Source of the DNA: an uncultured Nitrososphaerota archaeon | GTDB taxonomy: Archaea; Thermoproteota; Nitrososphaeria; Nitrososphaerales; Gagatemarchaeaceae | Length of the DNA: 64,000 nucleotides | Assembly: GCA_963703285.1 (NCBI GenBank) | Contig: OY969807.1 | Span: forward strand, 352,001 to 416,000 | Reading direction: 5' to 3' | Shown: piece by piece, positions 27,430-37,223 of the stretch | Layout: every line of letters starts with the position of its first letter | How positions within the stretch are numbered: the first letter of the stretch is position 1 | Notes under the pieces: model-generated | Databases searched by the model: none | The model's input: the letters and a program-made list of their open reading frames with translations, nothing else | What the model was told of the DNA's origin: nothing | Made by a program: the position numbers and the translations under genes

Positions 27430-29432
27430 CTCTTGGGAAGGCTCTCCGCCACTATCTCGGCGACGTCCTTGACGGCGATGGTCTCGTTCCCGAGCCCTTT
27501 CGCCGCGTCCTCGAACATGGCGACACAGAACGGGCACCCCACAGCGAGGGTCCCCGCCCCCGTCTCGACGGCCTCCTCCAGCCTTATCTCGCTGATCTTC
27601 TTCTTCTCGGGGACCTGGTACCAGGAGTTGGCGCCGCCGCCCCCGCAGCAGAACCCCTTGGACCTGTTCCTCTTCATCTCGACCAGCTCGATCCCGGTCT
27701 GGGAACCGAGGACGGAGCGGGGCTCCTCGAAGACGCCATTGATCCTTCCGAGGTTGCACGGGTCGTGGAATGTAACCCTCCCCTGGGTAGACCCCGGCTT
27801 CAGCCTCCCCGACGTCGTCAGCTCCCAGATGAGCTGCGTGTGATGGATTACCTGGAAGTCCGCGCCGAACTCCGGGTAGTCGTTCAGGAAGGTGTTGAAA
27901 CAGTGCGCGCAGTGCACGACCACCTTCTTCTTCCCTGCCGACTTCAGCGTCGCTATGTTGCGCATCGCGAGCTCCTGGAACCTCGCCTCCTCGCCCATCC
28001 TCCTCACCGGCTCGCCCGTGCAGACCTCCTCGTTGCCCAGGATGGCGAAGTCCACCTTCGCCGCCCTGAGGATTTGGACCACGGAGGCGGTTACCTTCCG
28101 TGCCCTCGGATCGTAGCTGCCCTGGCAACCCACCCAGTAGACGTACTCCGCTCCAGGGTTCTCCTTCAGAGTGGGCACGCCGAGGTCGGTGAGCCAGGTC
28201 TGCCGCTCGCCCTGCGGGAGGCCGAAAGGATTGTTGCTCCTCGCTATGTTCTCAAGGAACGCCCGCTTCAAGGGGTCTAGCTTGTTCTCTGCGACGAGGG
28301 TTCGCCTGAACTCGACGATGTAGTCCACCTGGTCTATGAGAACAGGACAGGCGTTCACGCAGGCGTTGCAGGTCGTGCACGACCAGACCTCCTGCTCCCT
28401 GATCACGCCGGTCGCGAGGGAGTCGCGCCCTCCCGACTTCAACTCTGCCCCGAGGTCCCGGACCACCGACCTCGGCGAGAGGTCCCTCCCCGCCGCGTAG
28501 GCCGGGCAGACGTCCTGGCACCTGCCGCAGTTGGTGCAGGCGTCGAGGGCCAGGAGCTGCATCGGCCCGAAGTCGGTGCTCGAGGTCACGTTCGGGGGAG
28601 CCTCGACGTCCCCGGACTCTAGCATTGCGGCCAGGCTGAACGGCGTCGCGAGCCGGCCCATGGGCTTCGCTTCCGCGACCGCGACGTTCAGGCCCGAGGT
28701 GAAGACGTGGACGAGCTTCGTGTAGGGGACCAGAGCCACGAGCGCGAACACCGAGAACATGTGAGCCCACCAGAAGTCCTGGTAGGCGACGGGCGCACCC
28801 GCCCTCGAGACGAGACCTCCCACTAGCCAGGAGAGGAAGCTTCCCACCGGGGAGTAGAGCGAGGCCTGAGCGGGATGAGCGACGAACTTGAGCGTCTCGA
28901 GGAGGAAGCCGGAGATCCCTATCCAGACAAGGAACCCGAGCACGACGTAGTCGTCCCACGCCGTCCTGAGCTTCTCGGGTCTCTGGACGAACCTCCTGTA
29001 GAGCGCTATGCCGAGGCCGACGACGAACGCGAGGCCGAAGGTGTCACCTAGGAACTCGAGCGTCTGGTAGAACTGGCCCTGTATGAAGAACGCGCTGTAG
29101 AAGAGGGGGACTATGTCGCTCTGGATGAAGATGATGGTCGTGTAAGCGAGCAGCATGAGGAAACCGTAGAAGATCGCTCCGTGCATCACACCACCCTCGC
29201 CATCGGAGAGGACGCGCTCCTGTTCCATCCCAAACCTGGCGAACCTCCGGAGCTTTGTCCCTGCGTCCCTCGAGGAGAGCTTGAGGAACTGCCAGGGGGA
29301 GAGGCCGTATCGCGCAAGGTGCCTGTAGAGCCCGTAGATCATGATCGCGCCGCTGATGAAGAACGTGACGAAGAGGACGTCCGGGGCGTACCAGGGTAGG
29401 AAGAGGTAGCTGGGTCTTATCGGACCGGACAT
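27426..29432 (-). CDS. Membrane-anchored Fe-S oxidoreductase (ETF:quinone oxidoreductase/FadF-like, HdrD-type CCG domains)
   Basis: N-terminal cytochrome-b-like TM region, CTNCGRC...CP, CTTCNAC...CP, HDPC, CCGGGG, CPFC. Confidence 0.9.
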   Translation of the reverse strand: MSGPIRPSYLFLPWYAPDVLFVTFFISGAIMIYGLYRHLARYGLSPWQFLKLSSRDAGTKLRRFARFGMEQERVLSDGEGGVMHGAIFYGFLMLLAYTTIIFIQSDIVPLFYSAFFIQGQFYQTLEFLGDTFGLAFVVGLGIALYRRFVQRPEKLRTAWDDYVVLGFLVWIGISGFLLETLKFVAHPAQASLYSPVGSFLSWLVGGLVSRAGAPVAYQDFWWAHMFSVFALVALVPYTKLVHVFTSGLNVAVAEAKPMGRLATPFSLAAMLESGDVEAPPNVTSSTDFGPMQLLALDACTNCGRCQDVCPAYAAGRDLSPRSVVRDLGAELKSGGRDSLATGVIREQEVWSCTTCNACVNACPVLIDQVDYIVEFRRTLVAENKLDPLKRAFLENIARSNNPFGLPQGERQTWLTDLGVPTLKENPGAEYVYWVGCQGSYDPRARKVTASVVQILRAAKVDFAILGNEEVCTGEPVRRMGEEARFQELAMRNIATLKSAGKKKVVVHCAHCFNTFLNDYPEFGADFQVIHHTQLIWELTTSGRLKPGSTQGRVTFHDPCNLGRINGVFEEPRSVLGSQTGIELVEMKRNRSKGFCCGGGGANSWYQVPEKKKISEIRLEEAVETGAGTLAVGCPFCVAMFEDAAKGLGNETIAVKDVAEIVAESLPKS

Positions 29433-29485
29433 CGCTCGGCGGTCGAAAGTCCGGTGCTTTTAATCGGTTCGACTCGCGGCCATGG

Positions 29486-31369
29486 TCATGCCGCCGAAGG
29501 CGCGGGACCGTTCTCCGGGGGATCCTCTTGCTTTCGATTCACCCTTCTGCGAACGACCTTCCCCCCGCCGGCTGGCAGTGCCCTGGCGACCTCGTCCAGG
29601 CTCAGCCTCCCCGCGTCGTCGCCGTAGAGCTTCTTCAGCTCGAAGAGGACCTTCTTGGCTGTGTCCGAGGTCTTCTCCCTCGCCGGTACGAGCGTAACGT
29701 GGGCGCGGCAGGCCTTGATGAGCGACTCCTCAGGACCCGCCATGACCCTCCCCCTGGAGTCGAGCCCCACGGCGACCTCGACGGGGTTCTTCGTGGCGAA
29801 GTTCTTCTTGCCCCTGATGACGAACGAGCCCTTGGCCAGGAACTCTCCGCTCGGTGCGGTCGTGCTGACCTGCTCCGGCCTCACCCAAAAGGCGTCGGCA
29901 GCGGCCAACCCCGTCTTCCAGGCGCTGCTGAAGGACGCGGTCGCCTGCGCCACCTGGCGTATCTCGTCGGCGGTCTGGTGCTCGCCTCCCTTCAGGACGA
30001 AGAACGGCGATCCGAAGAGGTCCGCGTGATATGCGACATCACCCTCCTCGAGGTGCTTCTTCACCAGGATTGTGTTGGATTGGGCGTCCCTTCCTCCGAC
30101 GGCCAGCCTGCCCTCGGTGGTGAAGAACCACCTGAACTTCTCGTACCATTCCTTGCTCGCCCGCGTCACGACCTGCACCCTGGCCTTGGGGATCTCCTTC
30201 TGGGCCCTGCGCAGCCTCGGCCTGAGCGAGAGCTCGACCTCGTGTATCCTCCTGATCTCCGCCTCCGCGCCCTTGGCGCTATCGAAAAGACTCGACGAGA
30301 TGGCCGCGGTCGACATCCCCAGTAGCGAGGTGCGTAGAGACGGCTCCAACTTCATCTCTGCCAGGGCTCGGTCTGCCTCGTCCGGAGAGGGAGCCGCCCG
30401 GACGGCGATGGCCGCTGCTCGGAGTGCCGATGCCCTCAGCGCCAGATCGCCAGCCTGCTCCTCGAGCCTCCTCAGGGTCACCTCCAGCTCCTTCGTCCGC
30501 TGGTTCTCGCTTCCCTCGGGCGCGCTCTCCTCCTCTAGGAGGAGCGGCGAGAGCGCGCTGTCGGCGAGGAGGCTCATCGTCGGGGCGGACTCGACCACCT
30601 CCGCGCTCTCGGGCCGGACGGCCATCAGCTCCAGACCGTCGCCCGTCCTGACCAGGCTCGGGCTGGGTGACTCGAGGCTCGCCACAAGCTCCGCCACGAC
30701 GGAGGATACCCTCCGTATCCTCTCGGGCGGGACGTCCGTCGAGTCGCCCTGGGAGAGAGATGCCCTCTTCAGTATCTCGTCGACGTATCTCCTCGGCAGC
30801 GACAGGCCGCGCCCGAGCGCCCTCCCCACCGTCTTTTCTGCAGAAAAGGCCTCCGCCAGGGACTCCGGGTCGGCTCTCTCGGGAGACGACCTGCTCTGGG
30901 GAGGCGGCTCATACAGCCTCCCCCTGATGATGCTCCTCTGGGGGCCGCTCGCCTCCCTTAGCGAGAGCACTATCCTGCCCGCCGCGTCGGTGAGTATGAT
31001 GTTCCCGGGAGGCATGACCTCGAGGACGAGCTGGAAATCCTCCCTGGCTCCGGAGAAGCGGAAGAACACGACCCTGTCTAGGTCGAACTGGGATACGCCG
31101 TCGAGCTTCATCCTGAGGAGCTCGCGCCTGAGCGAGGTCGTGAACTCGTCGGTGACGGTCTGAGCCGGCCTGGTCGTGATCCACGCGCCGTACTTTGGAG
31201 AGACGACGACGTCGACGTCCTCGCCAGTCTGCCGCCTGATCCGGAAGACCTGGGACTGTCCCAGCGAGTGGATGTTGGAGACGTACCCCCCGCTCAGGCT
31301 CCCGAGCTCCCTGACGAGAACCCTGACCTCGAAACCCGAGAGCGACGGCCTCCTCTGTCTCTTCTCCAC
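29486..31369 (-). CDS. rqcH: Ribosome quality control protein Rqc2/NEMF (NFACT)
   Basis: WYEKFRWF, GGRDAQSN, HADLFGSPF, PEQVS..APSGEFL.KGSF. Confidence 0.9.
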   Translation of the reverse strand: MEKRQRRPSLSGFEVRVLVRELGSLSGGYVSNIHSLGQSQVFRIRRQTGEDVDVVVSPKYGAWITTRPAQTVTDEFTTSLRRELLRMKLDGVSQFDLDRVVFFRFSGAREDFQLVLEVMPPGNIILTDAAGRIVLSLREASGPQRSIIRGRLYEPPPQSRSSPERADPESLAEAFSAEKTVGRALGRGLSLPRRYVDEILKRASLSQGDSTDVPPERIRRVSSVVAELVASLESPSPSLVRTGDGLELMAVRPESAEVVESAPTMSLLADSALSPLLLEEESAPEGSENQRTKELEVTLRRLEEQAGDLALRASALRAAAIAVRAAPSPDEADRALAEMKLEPSLRTSLLGMSTAAISSSLFDSAKGAEAEIRRIHEVELSLRPRLRRAQKEIPKARVQVVTRASKEWYEKFRWFFTTEGRLAVGGRDAQSNTILVKKHLEEGDVAYHADLFGSPFFVLKGGEHQTADEIRQVAQATASFSSAWKTGLAAADAFWVRPEQVSTTAPSGEFLAKGSFVIRGKKNFATKNPVEVAVGLDSRGRVMAGPEESLIKACRAHVTLVPAREKTSDTAKKVLFELKKLYGDDAGRLSLDEVARALPAGGGKVVRRRVNRKQEDPPENGPAPSAA

Positions 31370-31497
31370 CCTGTCTCCCCTTTTTCCGCCGGACCACTCG
31401 AGAATTATAACCTATCCTCTTCGGCGGTGGAACCTTTTTTTAGCCCACTCTGGCTGGTGCCATTCCCGTTGACGCGGAAGGATGCTCTGAGGGCCAG

Positions 31498-31788
31498 ATG
31501 ATGGTCCTCACCAAGACCGACAAGATATTCTGGCTGAGGGTCGGGTTCGGCGCCTTGGCGGGGGTCGCGTCCGAGCTGCTCTTCGGGACCGACTACGTCA
31601 GCGGGGTGCTGCTGGCAATGATCACGTACTTCGCGTCCTATTACCTGGTGAGGTGGGTCTGGGGCTCCCAGTTCAAGGTCGAGGAGGCGACCAAGATGTA
31701 CACCGCGGGGCTGGGCAGCTTCGTCCTCCTCTTCCTCTTCCTTTACATTCTGCTCTTTACGCTTGGGGTGCACTCTCTAAATCTCTAG
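31498..31788 (+). CDS. Small 3-TM protein, EMC6/Rab5ip-like
   Basis: KIFWLRVGFGALAG...GLGSFVLLFLFLYILLFT pattern and size. Confidence 0.55.
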   Translation: MMVLTKTDKIFWLRVGFGALAGVASELLFGTDYVSGVLLAMITYFASYYLVRWVWGSQFKVEEATKMYTAGLGSFVLLFLFLYILLFTLGVHSLNL

Positions 31789-32107
31789 CCGGGCTGCGGC
31801 TCTTCTTCGCCCACTTCGATATGGTCTGGATGTACCCCCTGTCCATGTCGTCTGTGGTGTGCAGCCTCGGTATGCGCTCCGCGGCACGGAGGATCTTGTC
31901 GTAGTCGGACATCCTCTCCGTGTTCTTGTTGTCCAGCACGCTCATGATTCCGTTGAGTGCGAGGATCGCTCCCCTCCCGTACTCTGAGGAGACCTCGGGG
32001 ACGAGGTGGTTCAGCCTCAGTCTCGCGTCGTCCGTCTTCTTCTGGGTAAGCAGATCGACGATTACGTCAACTTCCTCTCTGAGCATGCTGATAGAAAGCA
32101 TTACCAC
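31757..32107 (-). CDS. Hypothetical protein
   Basis: Host-like codon usage; TTTAAA ~25 nt upstream. Confidence 0.6.
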   Translation of the reverse strand: MVMLSISMLREEVDVIVDLLTQKKTDDARLRLNHLVPEVSSEYGRGAILALNGIMSVLDNKNTERMSDYDKILRAAERIPRLHTTDDMDRGYIQTISKWAKKSRSPARDLESAPQA

Positions 32108-32323
32108 AGTGGGTAGTGCAAACGAAGTTTAAATGCTTAAGGTAATCGGAACTGAGTAGTTTAACTAAATGTCAAGACTCCGCTGCGCCCATGGCCGAGG
32201 TCGTGGTCTGCTGGTGCGGTCATAGACTGTCAGAGCACGTCGCAAATCCTGCTCCTGAAGCGCAGGTTCGAGACGATACCCGAGACGATACGGGTAATCC
32301 TGAGCGAGTGGTATCAATCGAAG

Positions 32324-33129
32324 TCATGACACGACCAGCGTTATCTCATTCCACCTCTCGAATAGGACTGTTGCCTTTTTTGCGAGGGTCGTAGTACTGG
32401 TATTCTTCCCTTTTGCCTGCAATTCTACTGTCGTGATGTGACCCAGCCCGAGGGGAAAACTTATGCTCCCAAACGCCTCCTCCGTAGCAAAGTAAAAGTC
32501 GGAACCGTCCTTGAAGGAATACCCAACTATGAACCTGACTCCCGAACCCTTCCCTGTTAGAACAGGGACATCCTCGAATCCGTCCTTAAGCAAGACTCCC
32601 GCGAATTCCTTTTCCTTGGGCAATTCGGAGTATGTTTTCAGTATCTTGTAGTCAAGCAATCTAGCGCTCTTCCGCAAAGGAAAGATGGATGAGCGCGTGG
32701 TGCGAGTCCAAAAGTGGGAACCCGTGGTTCCTTTCTCAATTACCAATCGAACCTCGGGGTCGAAGGCATCATCATTACCTTGGTTGTGTAAGAACACCGT
32801 TAGAAGCTGAACCTCCTTAGTTGCTTCAGCCCCTCTTGGCGTGCGAAATACGACGTCTTGCGAATTAGAAAGAACTTCTCCTAATTGGAAATCAGGTTCG
32901 TTCCACCATCTGGTAAAAAAGTTAGTCCTCCCGTTGCTGAAAGTGCGGCTATGACTAACAAGATTGCGTTGCCAAGACCGACCGAATTCAGGAATGATTG
33001 GATGTCGCCGCGAAGAGCGGCCATTTCGGGCGCGGACAACTGCGAAATCTGGACCGTCAATCCCACCAGAATTCCGAGGACCGCCCCCATTGTGAAGAGT
33101 AGCAGCAGTCGCTTGTGTAGGATTCTCAA
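32324..33129 (-). pseudogene. Membrane-anchored protein split by a frameshift at a T6 run
   Basis: ORF 32881..33129 (2 TM) can join the frame of 32324..32797 (FFTRWWNEPDFQLGEV...) at the homopolymer 32915-32920. Confidence 0.55.
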
Positions 33130-33196
33130 GGCCTAACCATCTGAATCGGAACGGTTCGCAATATAAGGATAGAGTAGCCCACGCGGAGCGGAACAG

Positions 33197-33244
33197 TTTA
33201 CGGAAGGCGCGGAACGCCGAGGATTTTTACGGAACCTGCGGAAC
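33197..33244 (+). repeat. Two 19-nt direct repeats TTTACGGAA-nnn-GCGGAAC in a CGGAA-rich patch
   Basis: Copies at 33197-33215 and 33226-33244; further CGGAAC copies just upstream. Confidence 0.7.
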
Positions 33245-33432
33245 AGAGTCTGTTGTCGAATTCGCATCCTTATAGAGATTGATTGGAGCAATCAGGGCAC
33301 GGTGTTCTCCCAGAAGTCGTCTTCTGCACCCATCTGCTTTCTGTAGTGTGCGACGAAGTCGGCTGACAGGAAGAAAGCTCAAGAAGAGGCTAAGCTTAAC
33401 AATCTGATACGGCAAGCGGTCAGCGTTGCGTC

Positions 33433-34218
33433 TCAGATTGACCCGTGACTCGGAGCTAAGATACTGTTCAGAATTTCTCTGGCCTCCGCTGCTTCCGTAG
33501 GATTGCCACTCAGAACCGTAGTCACGATGCGTCTCCCTTCGGTCTCAATTCTGCCAGCCTGCTCCTCTGTGACAGACCCCGCAATGCTTGCGAGCGCACG
33601 GAGATCTGAGACTATCTTCTGCGCTTGACTGCCACCATAGGCATACATCATGGCTATTTTCTCGTCAATCTCTCCCGTCCGAATCTCCTGTAGGTACGTT
33701 GTCGTTCGGCGCGACGTCACCCAGTTTTCCGCCAATGCGAGCACCCCGATTCCGACAGCAAGAGAACTCAATCCAGGCTCCAAAAGGGAGTAGTCCTTTA
33801 ACGGAAGGGCGAGGAACGCAACTATCCCTCCCTCTATTGCGAGGATTGTGCCAAGAAAAGTGAATAGCCACTCCAGAGCAGTTCGACTCTCATGCATTGC
33901 CGTATACAGTTTGGGCCGAGCAGGGGCGACTGTCTTCGGGACTTGGACCGGGGTGCCAGACGCTGCTAGGCCAACTTTGTCCGGTTTGTCGGGCAGTTTC
34001 TTCTCTAACGATTCCAGCTTGAGCATGACCTGCCGGTGCCTATTCTGAGCCAATTGCTCGACAAGGCCGGCAATGACGACGACCAGAGCGGCATAGATGA
34101 CGGTAAGGTAGACTTCCAATCCGTAGGTCGGCAGGGCGATGATAGCGGCGAACGCCACAAGCGCCCCCATGACGATGATGATGACTGCTGTCGTGCTCAC
34201 CTTCGGGATGGCGCTCAT
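33433..34218 (-). CDS. Hypothetical 4-TM membrane protein
   Basis: Two TM hairpins separated by a soluble linker. Confidence 0.6.
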   Translation of the reverse strand: MSAIPKVSTTAVIIIVMGALVAFAAIIALPTYGLEVYLTVIYAALVVVIAGLVEQLAQNRHRQVMLKLESLEKKLPDKPDKVGLAASGTPVQVPKTVAPARPKLYTAMHESRTALEWLFTFLGTILAIEGGIVAFLALPLKDYSLLEPGLSSLAVGIGVLALAENWVTSRRTTTYLQEIRTGEIDEKIAMMYAYGGSQAQKIVSDLRALASIAGSVTEEQAGRIETEGRRIVTTVLSGNPTEAAEAREILNSILAPSHGSI

Positions 34219-34325
34219 CTGGAGCGCCTCGATGCCTGTCGTACTGCTGTAATCTGTTCTGCTTCATAGGCAAAGTGTTCGTTCAGGAACTTGGTCTTCC
34301 CTTCATCATTCCGTATCACTGTGCT

Positions 34326-34856
34326 TTACCACCAGGACGACTCTCTACGCTTTCGACGCTTCACGGGCGCACGGGCCGGCATCTCTTTCAATTCTGTCGC
34401 AATGTCCTCTTCTTTCATCATCTTCGAAAGTGCGTTGACGAATTTTATCTTTGAAGGCGGGTGCTTTGTGTCCGAGAAGATTCCTTCTTCGACCCATCCC
34501 TTCACCTTCACGCCGTGCTTCCTCGCCAAGAATCTGAGTTGAGATGGCTTCAGAGCTTTCAGAGCATTGCGGGTCTTGTTGTTAGGCTCCTCAAGTCCGA
34601 TGCTTCTCCGGGCCTGTTTTAGGGTCTGGGTTCTCATCGAGCGATTGCAGGCAGGGTGAAGCAGGAGTGCGTTCTTGAGAGTGAGCTTCCCTCCTTTGGA
34701 ATGCGCCAAGTCGTGACCTATCTCCGCCTCATAGGGGTTGACCGGATACCCACAGAAGCGGCAGATTCCCTTGTCCCTGTCATAGACCAGTTTTCTAAGC
34801 ACTGCTTTCGGAACAGATCGCTTCTGTTCATCCTCGTCGCCCCAGAAGAAGGACAC
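34326..34856 (-). CDS. HNH endonuclease
   Basis: LRKLVYDRDKGICRFCG...HDLAHSKGG..TLKNALLLH..CN. Confidence 0.85.
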   Translation of the reverse strand: MSFFWGDEDEQKRSVPKAVLRKLVYDRDKGICRFCGYPVNPYEAEIGHDLAHSKGGKLTLKNALLLHPACNRSMRTQTLKQARRSIGLEEPNNKTRNALKALKPSQLRFLARKHGVKVKGWVEEGIFSDTKHPPSKIKFVNALSKMMKEEDIATELKEMPARAPVKRRKRRESSWW

Positions 34857-35177
34857 TCTCTGCGCCCCATCAGATGCACAACAAGGATTATGTAAGGTTG
34901 TGGGAAGGATAAGGAGGAGGGAGATGCGGCTCCAAAATCATGAGTGAAGACAAGCCAGCAAAACCTCCTACCATGGGAGTGTCATTCGAGCAGGCTCAGA
35001 GCCTTCTTTCAGAAGCCATCATGAAGCGGGATGAGTTGCCGAGGGAGCTTGCGACCTTCGGACAGATTCGCATGGAGGATGGGATTCAATGACAGTCGTT
35101 GAGATACAAAATGAACTGCGAGCTAATGAGGAGCGCATTGTCTCGGTCAGAGAATTGCATTCTCTAGTGCCTCTATC

Positions 35178-36065
35178 ATGGTAGACCTATCGAACTCGGT
35201 CTACCTCGTATACATCACAGCGGCAGCAATCTTGTCGGTGCTAGGACTAATAAACAACATTCGCAATATTCAAGTCACTACTCTCACCTCTTCGAGAAAA
35301 AAAACCCTCTACCCAATTGCCACTTGTAGTAATGAATTTCGAAGCTTCTACAGGTTTCTCAACTCACCAGACGGCCAGCTCGTTCTTACAAATCGAAGGA
35401 TGAAAATAAAGTACGGCACATACATACTGGCCGTAATCGCGGCTCCAGGTCTCGTCTTTGTCTATGCCGCTGCTTCACCACCATTGAACTATCTAACCAT
35501 ATTTTTGGCTTCCTCGATTACACTAGTAGCATTTCCCATTGTTGGCATCCTTCTCCGCTATCTAACGCAGAAGACCTTGGATGAAGAGATTACAAACCTC
35601 AGGCCATCAAACAAGCTAATCGTGCTCTTCTCAAATTTCAAATTCCTGAACCCGGCAGCTCTGATACTCTTCGCCGCATATCTGATTGGGCCTATCAGAG
35701 AGTTTGATAGTTTCATGGCGACATCCACAGCTGCTGATATAGAAGCCACTCTTGTATTGGTCTCGATAATTCTCATCACGTATGGATTCTTCTTCTTGCT
35801 TATCCGCAACATCATAAGCGGCAGTGTTTGCGACTTGGATGATAGGTTCTTCAGAGCATACTTCAGTCAGCAGGCTCCAAACCTAGAAGTCGTTGTCAGA
35901 GACGAAGGCGGGCAAGACTTGCAAACAGTTCAAGGAAGTCTCGTGGGCGTGGGCAGAGCTCTCCTTGTCCGCCGGATTGATGGGTTCATCATGCGGCTTG
36001 AATGGAGGAGCATCAGACGGGTTGGGGCCTCGCCACCCGCAAGACCGATAAACGCTATCCAATGA
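35178..36065 (+). CDS. Hypothetical membrane protein
   Basis: ~5 TM, AT-rich codons, C-terminal small beta-rich domain. Confidence 0.6.
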   Translation: MVDLSNSVYLVYITAAAILSVLGLINNIRNIQVTTLTSSRKKTLYPIATCSNEFRSFYRFLNSPDGQLVLTNRRMKIKYGTYILAVIAAPGLVFVYAAASPPLNYLTIFLASSITLVAFPIVGILLRYLTQKTLDEEITNLRPSNKLIVLFSNFKFLNPAALILFAAYLIGPIREFDSFMATSTAADIEATLVLVSIILITYGFFFLLIRNIISGSVCDLDDRFFRAYFSQQAPNLEVVVRDEGGQDLQTVQGSLVGVGRALLVRRIDGFIMRLEWRSIRRVGASPPARPINAIQ

Positions 36066-37067
36066 AGACCTTCAAGAGGCCTTCCTCCTGCGCTGCGTGA
36101 TGGATCTGGCCTTCCTCATCCCCAATGGGGCGAGCTGAATCGAGACTGTGGACGCGGGTTGTCTCTCCTTGCAATAATGTTGCCAGGCTCCTTTTGATAA
36201 GCGCCACGGGAACATGACCGCTCTCGCGGGTTGCGACCCACCCTTGGCCGCCACGCAGGAACATTTGACTGAGAAGTTCGGTTTCATTCAAATGCCGGGT
36301 CACCAGTCAGGGGTCCGGTCGTGGTAGATTGTCCACTGATAGGCACCTGTTGATTTAACATCAATCTTGGGCTTGAACTTTGGCTTTCGGTTCTGAGCCA
36401 TTGCTCTACGCCTCTTCTGATTCTGTCTGACCGGCGAGCGAATCCAAGTAACCGGCGTTCCCGAACATGGAGTCGCCAGCGTCTTCGACGTTGACCTTCG
36501 GTTCTCGTGACCTCTTCTTCGCCATAGCCGACGAGACTGCGGACAGAGCAGAAAAACGGCACGAAGAACAACTGAATTGTTGTGGTTCTCTATGAGAATT
36601 AGTGAGAGGAGGGCTCTCGTCGCTAACTTTCGAAGACAGCTTATATAGTCCGGCCGGTCCAAAATGACCAAGGTGGCCTCGCTAACAATAGAGGCACACC
36701 TCACCATCCAATACAAAAGGAAGAAAGATCGGCGGAAATCTAAGAAGGCGGCTAACAGGCGGAAACACTTTTGGGAGGACGGAAGGCTGTATTACACAAT
36801 ATTACTGATACACGGAATTTTTACAGAGGTTCACGCACTGATATTCGGATGGTAAGTGAGATGTGCCTGAAGAAAAAGGGAAAGTTGAGGGTAGTAGTGA
36901 ACTACCCCCTCCTCCAATTTTTCTTAGAGAACTTAGCCCCAATGCACTGGGCTTATCTTATGGTCAGGGCTCAAATAGGTGCCCTTAAGGTAAGGTCAGG
37001 GGCGTTTCGAACGTTTTAGCCGAAAATACGGCTGAAACGCCCTCTTTTAATAGCTCTGTCCTGTCCT

Positions 37068-37223
37068 CTATCTGTATGAGTCAGATTGTAGTAAAGCCGA
37101 AGGTTCTACGGAAGGACTGCCCAGAGTGTAGAGCTTCTTCGTGTTAGCCTCCCCATAGGAGGCAATCCATTCGTCGAAAGTGTAGGCTCTCGACCCTTCG
37201 TCGTCCTGTTGCAGTTTTTGCAT
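37068..37223 (-). CDS. Small hypothetical protein (51 aa)
   Basis: MQKLQQDDEGSRAYTFDEWIASYGEAN...; AT-rich TATA-like element upstream at ~37256-37264. Confidence 0.35.
   Translation of the reverse strand: MQKLQQDDEGSRAYTFDEWIASYGEANTKKLYTLGSPSVEPSALLQSDSYR

Noticed and set aside
36072-36401. Stop-interrupted minus-strand frame (MAQNRKPKF...MKPNFSVKC...)
   Set aside because: Possibly a pseudogene, but no recognisable family, so not called.
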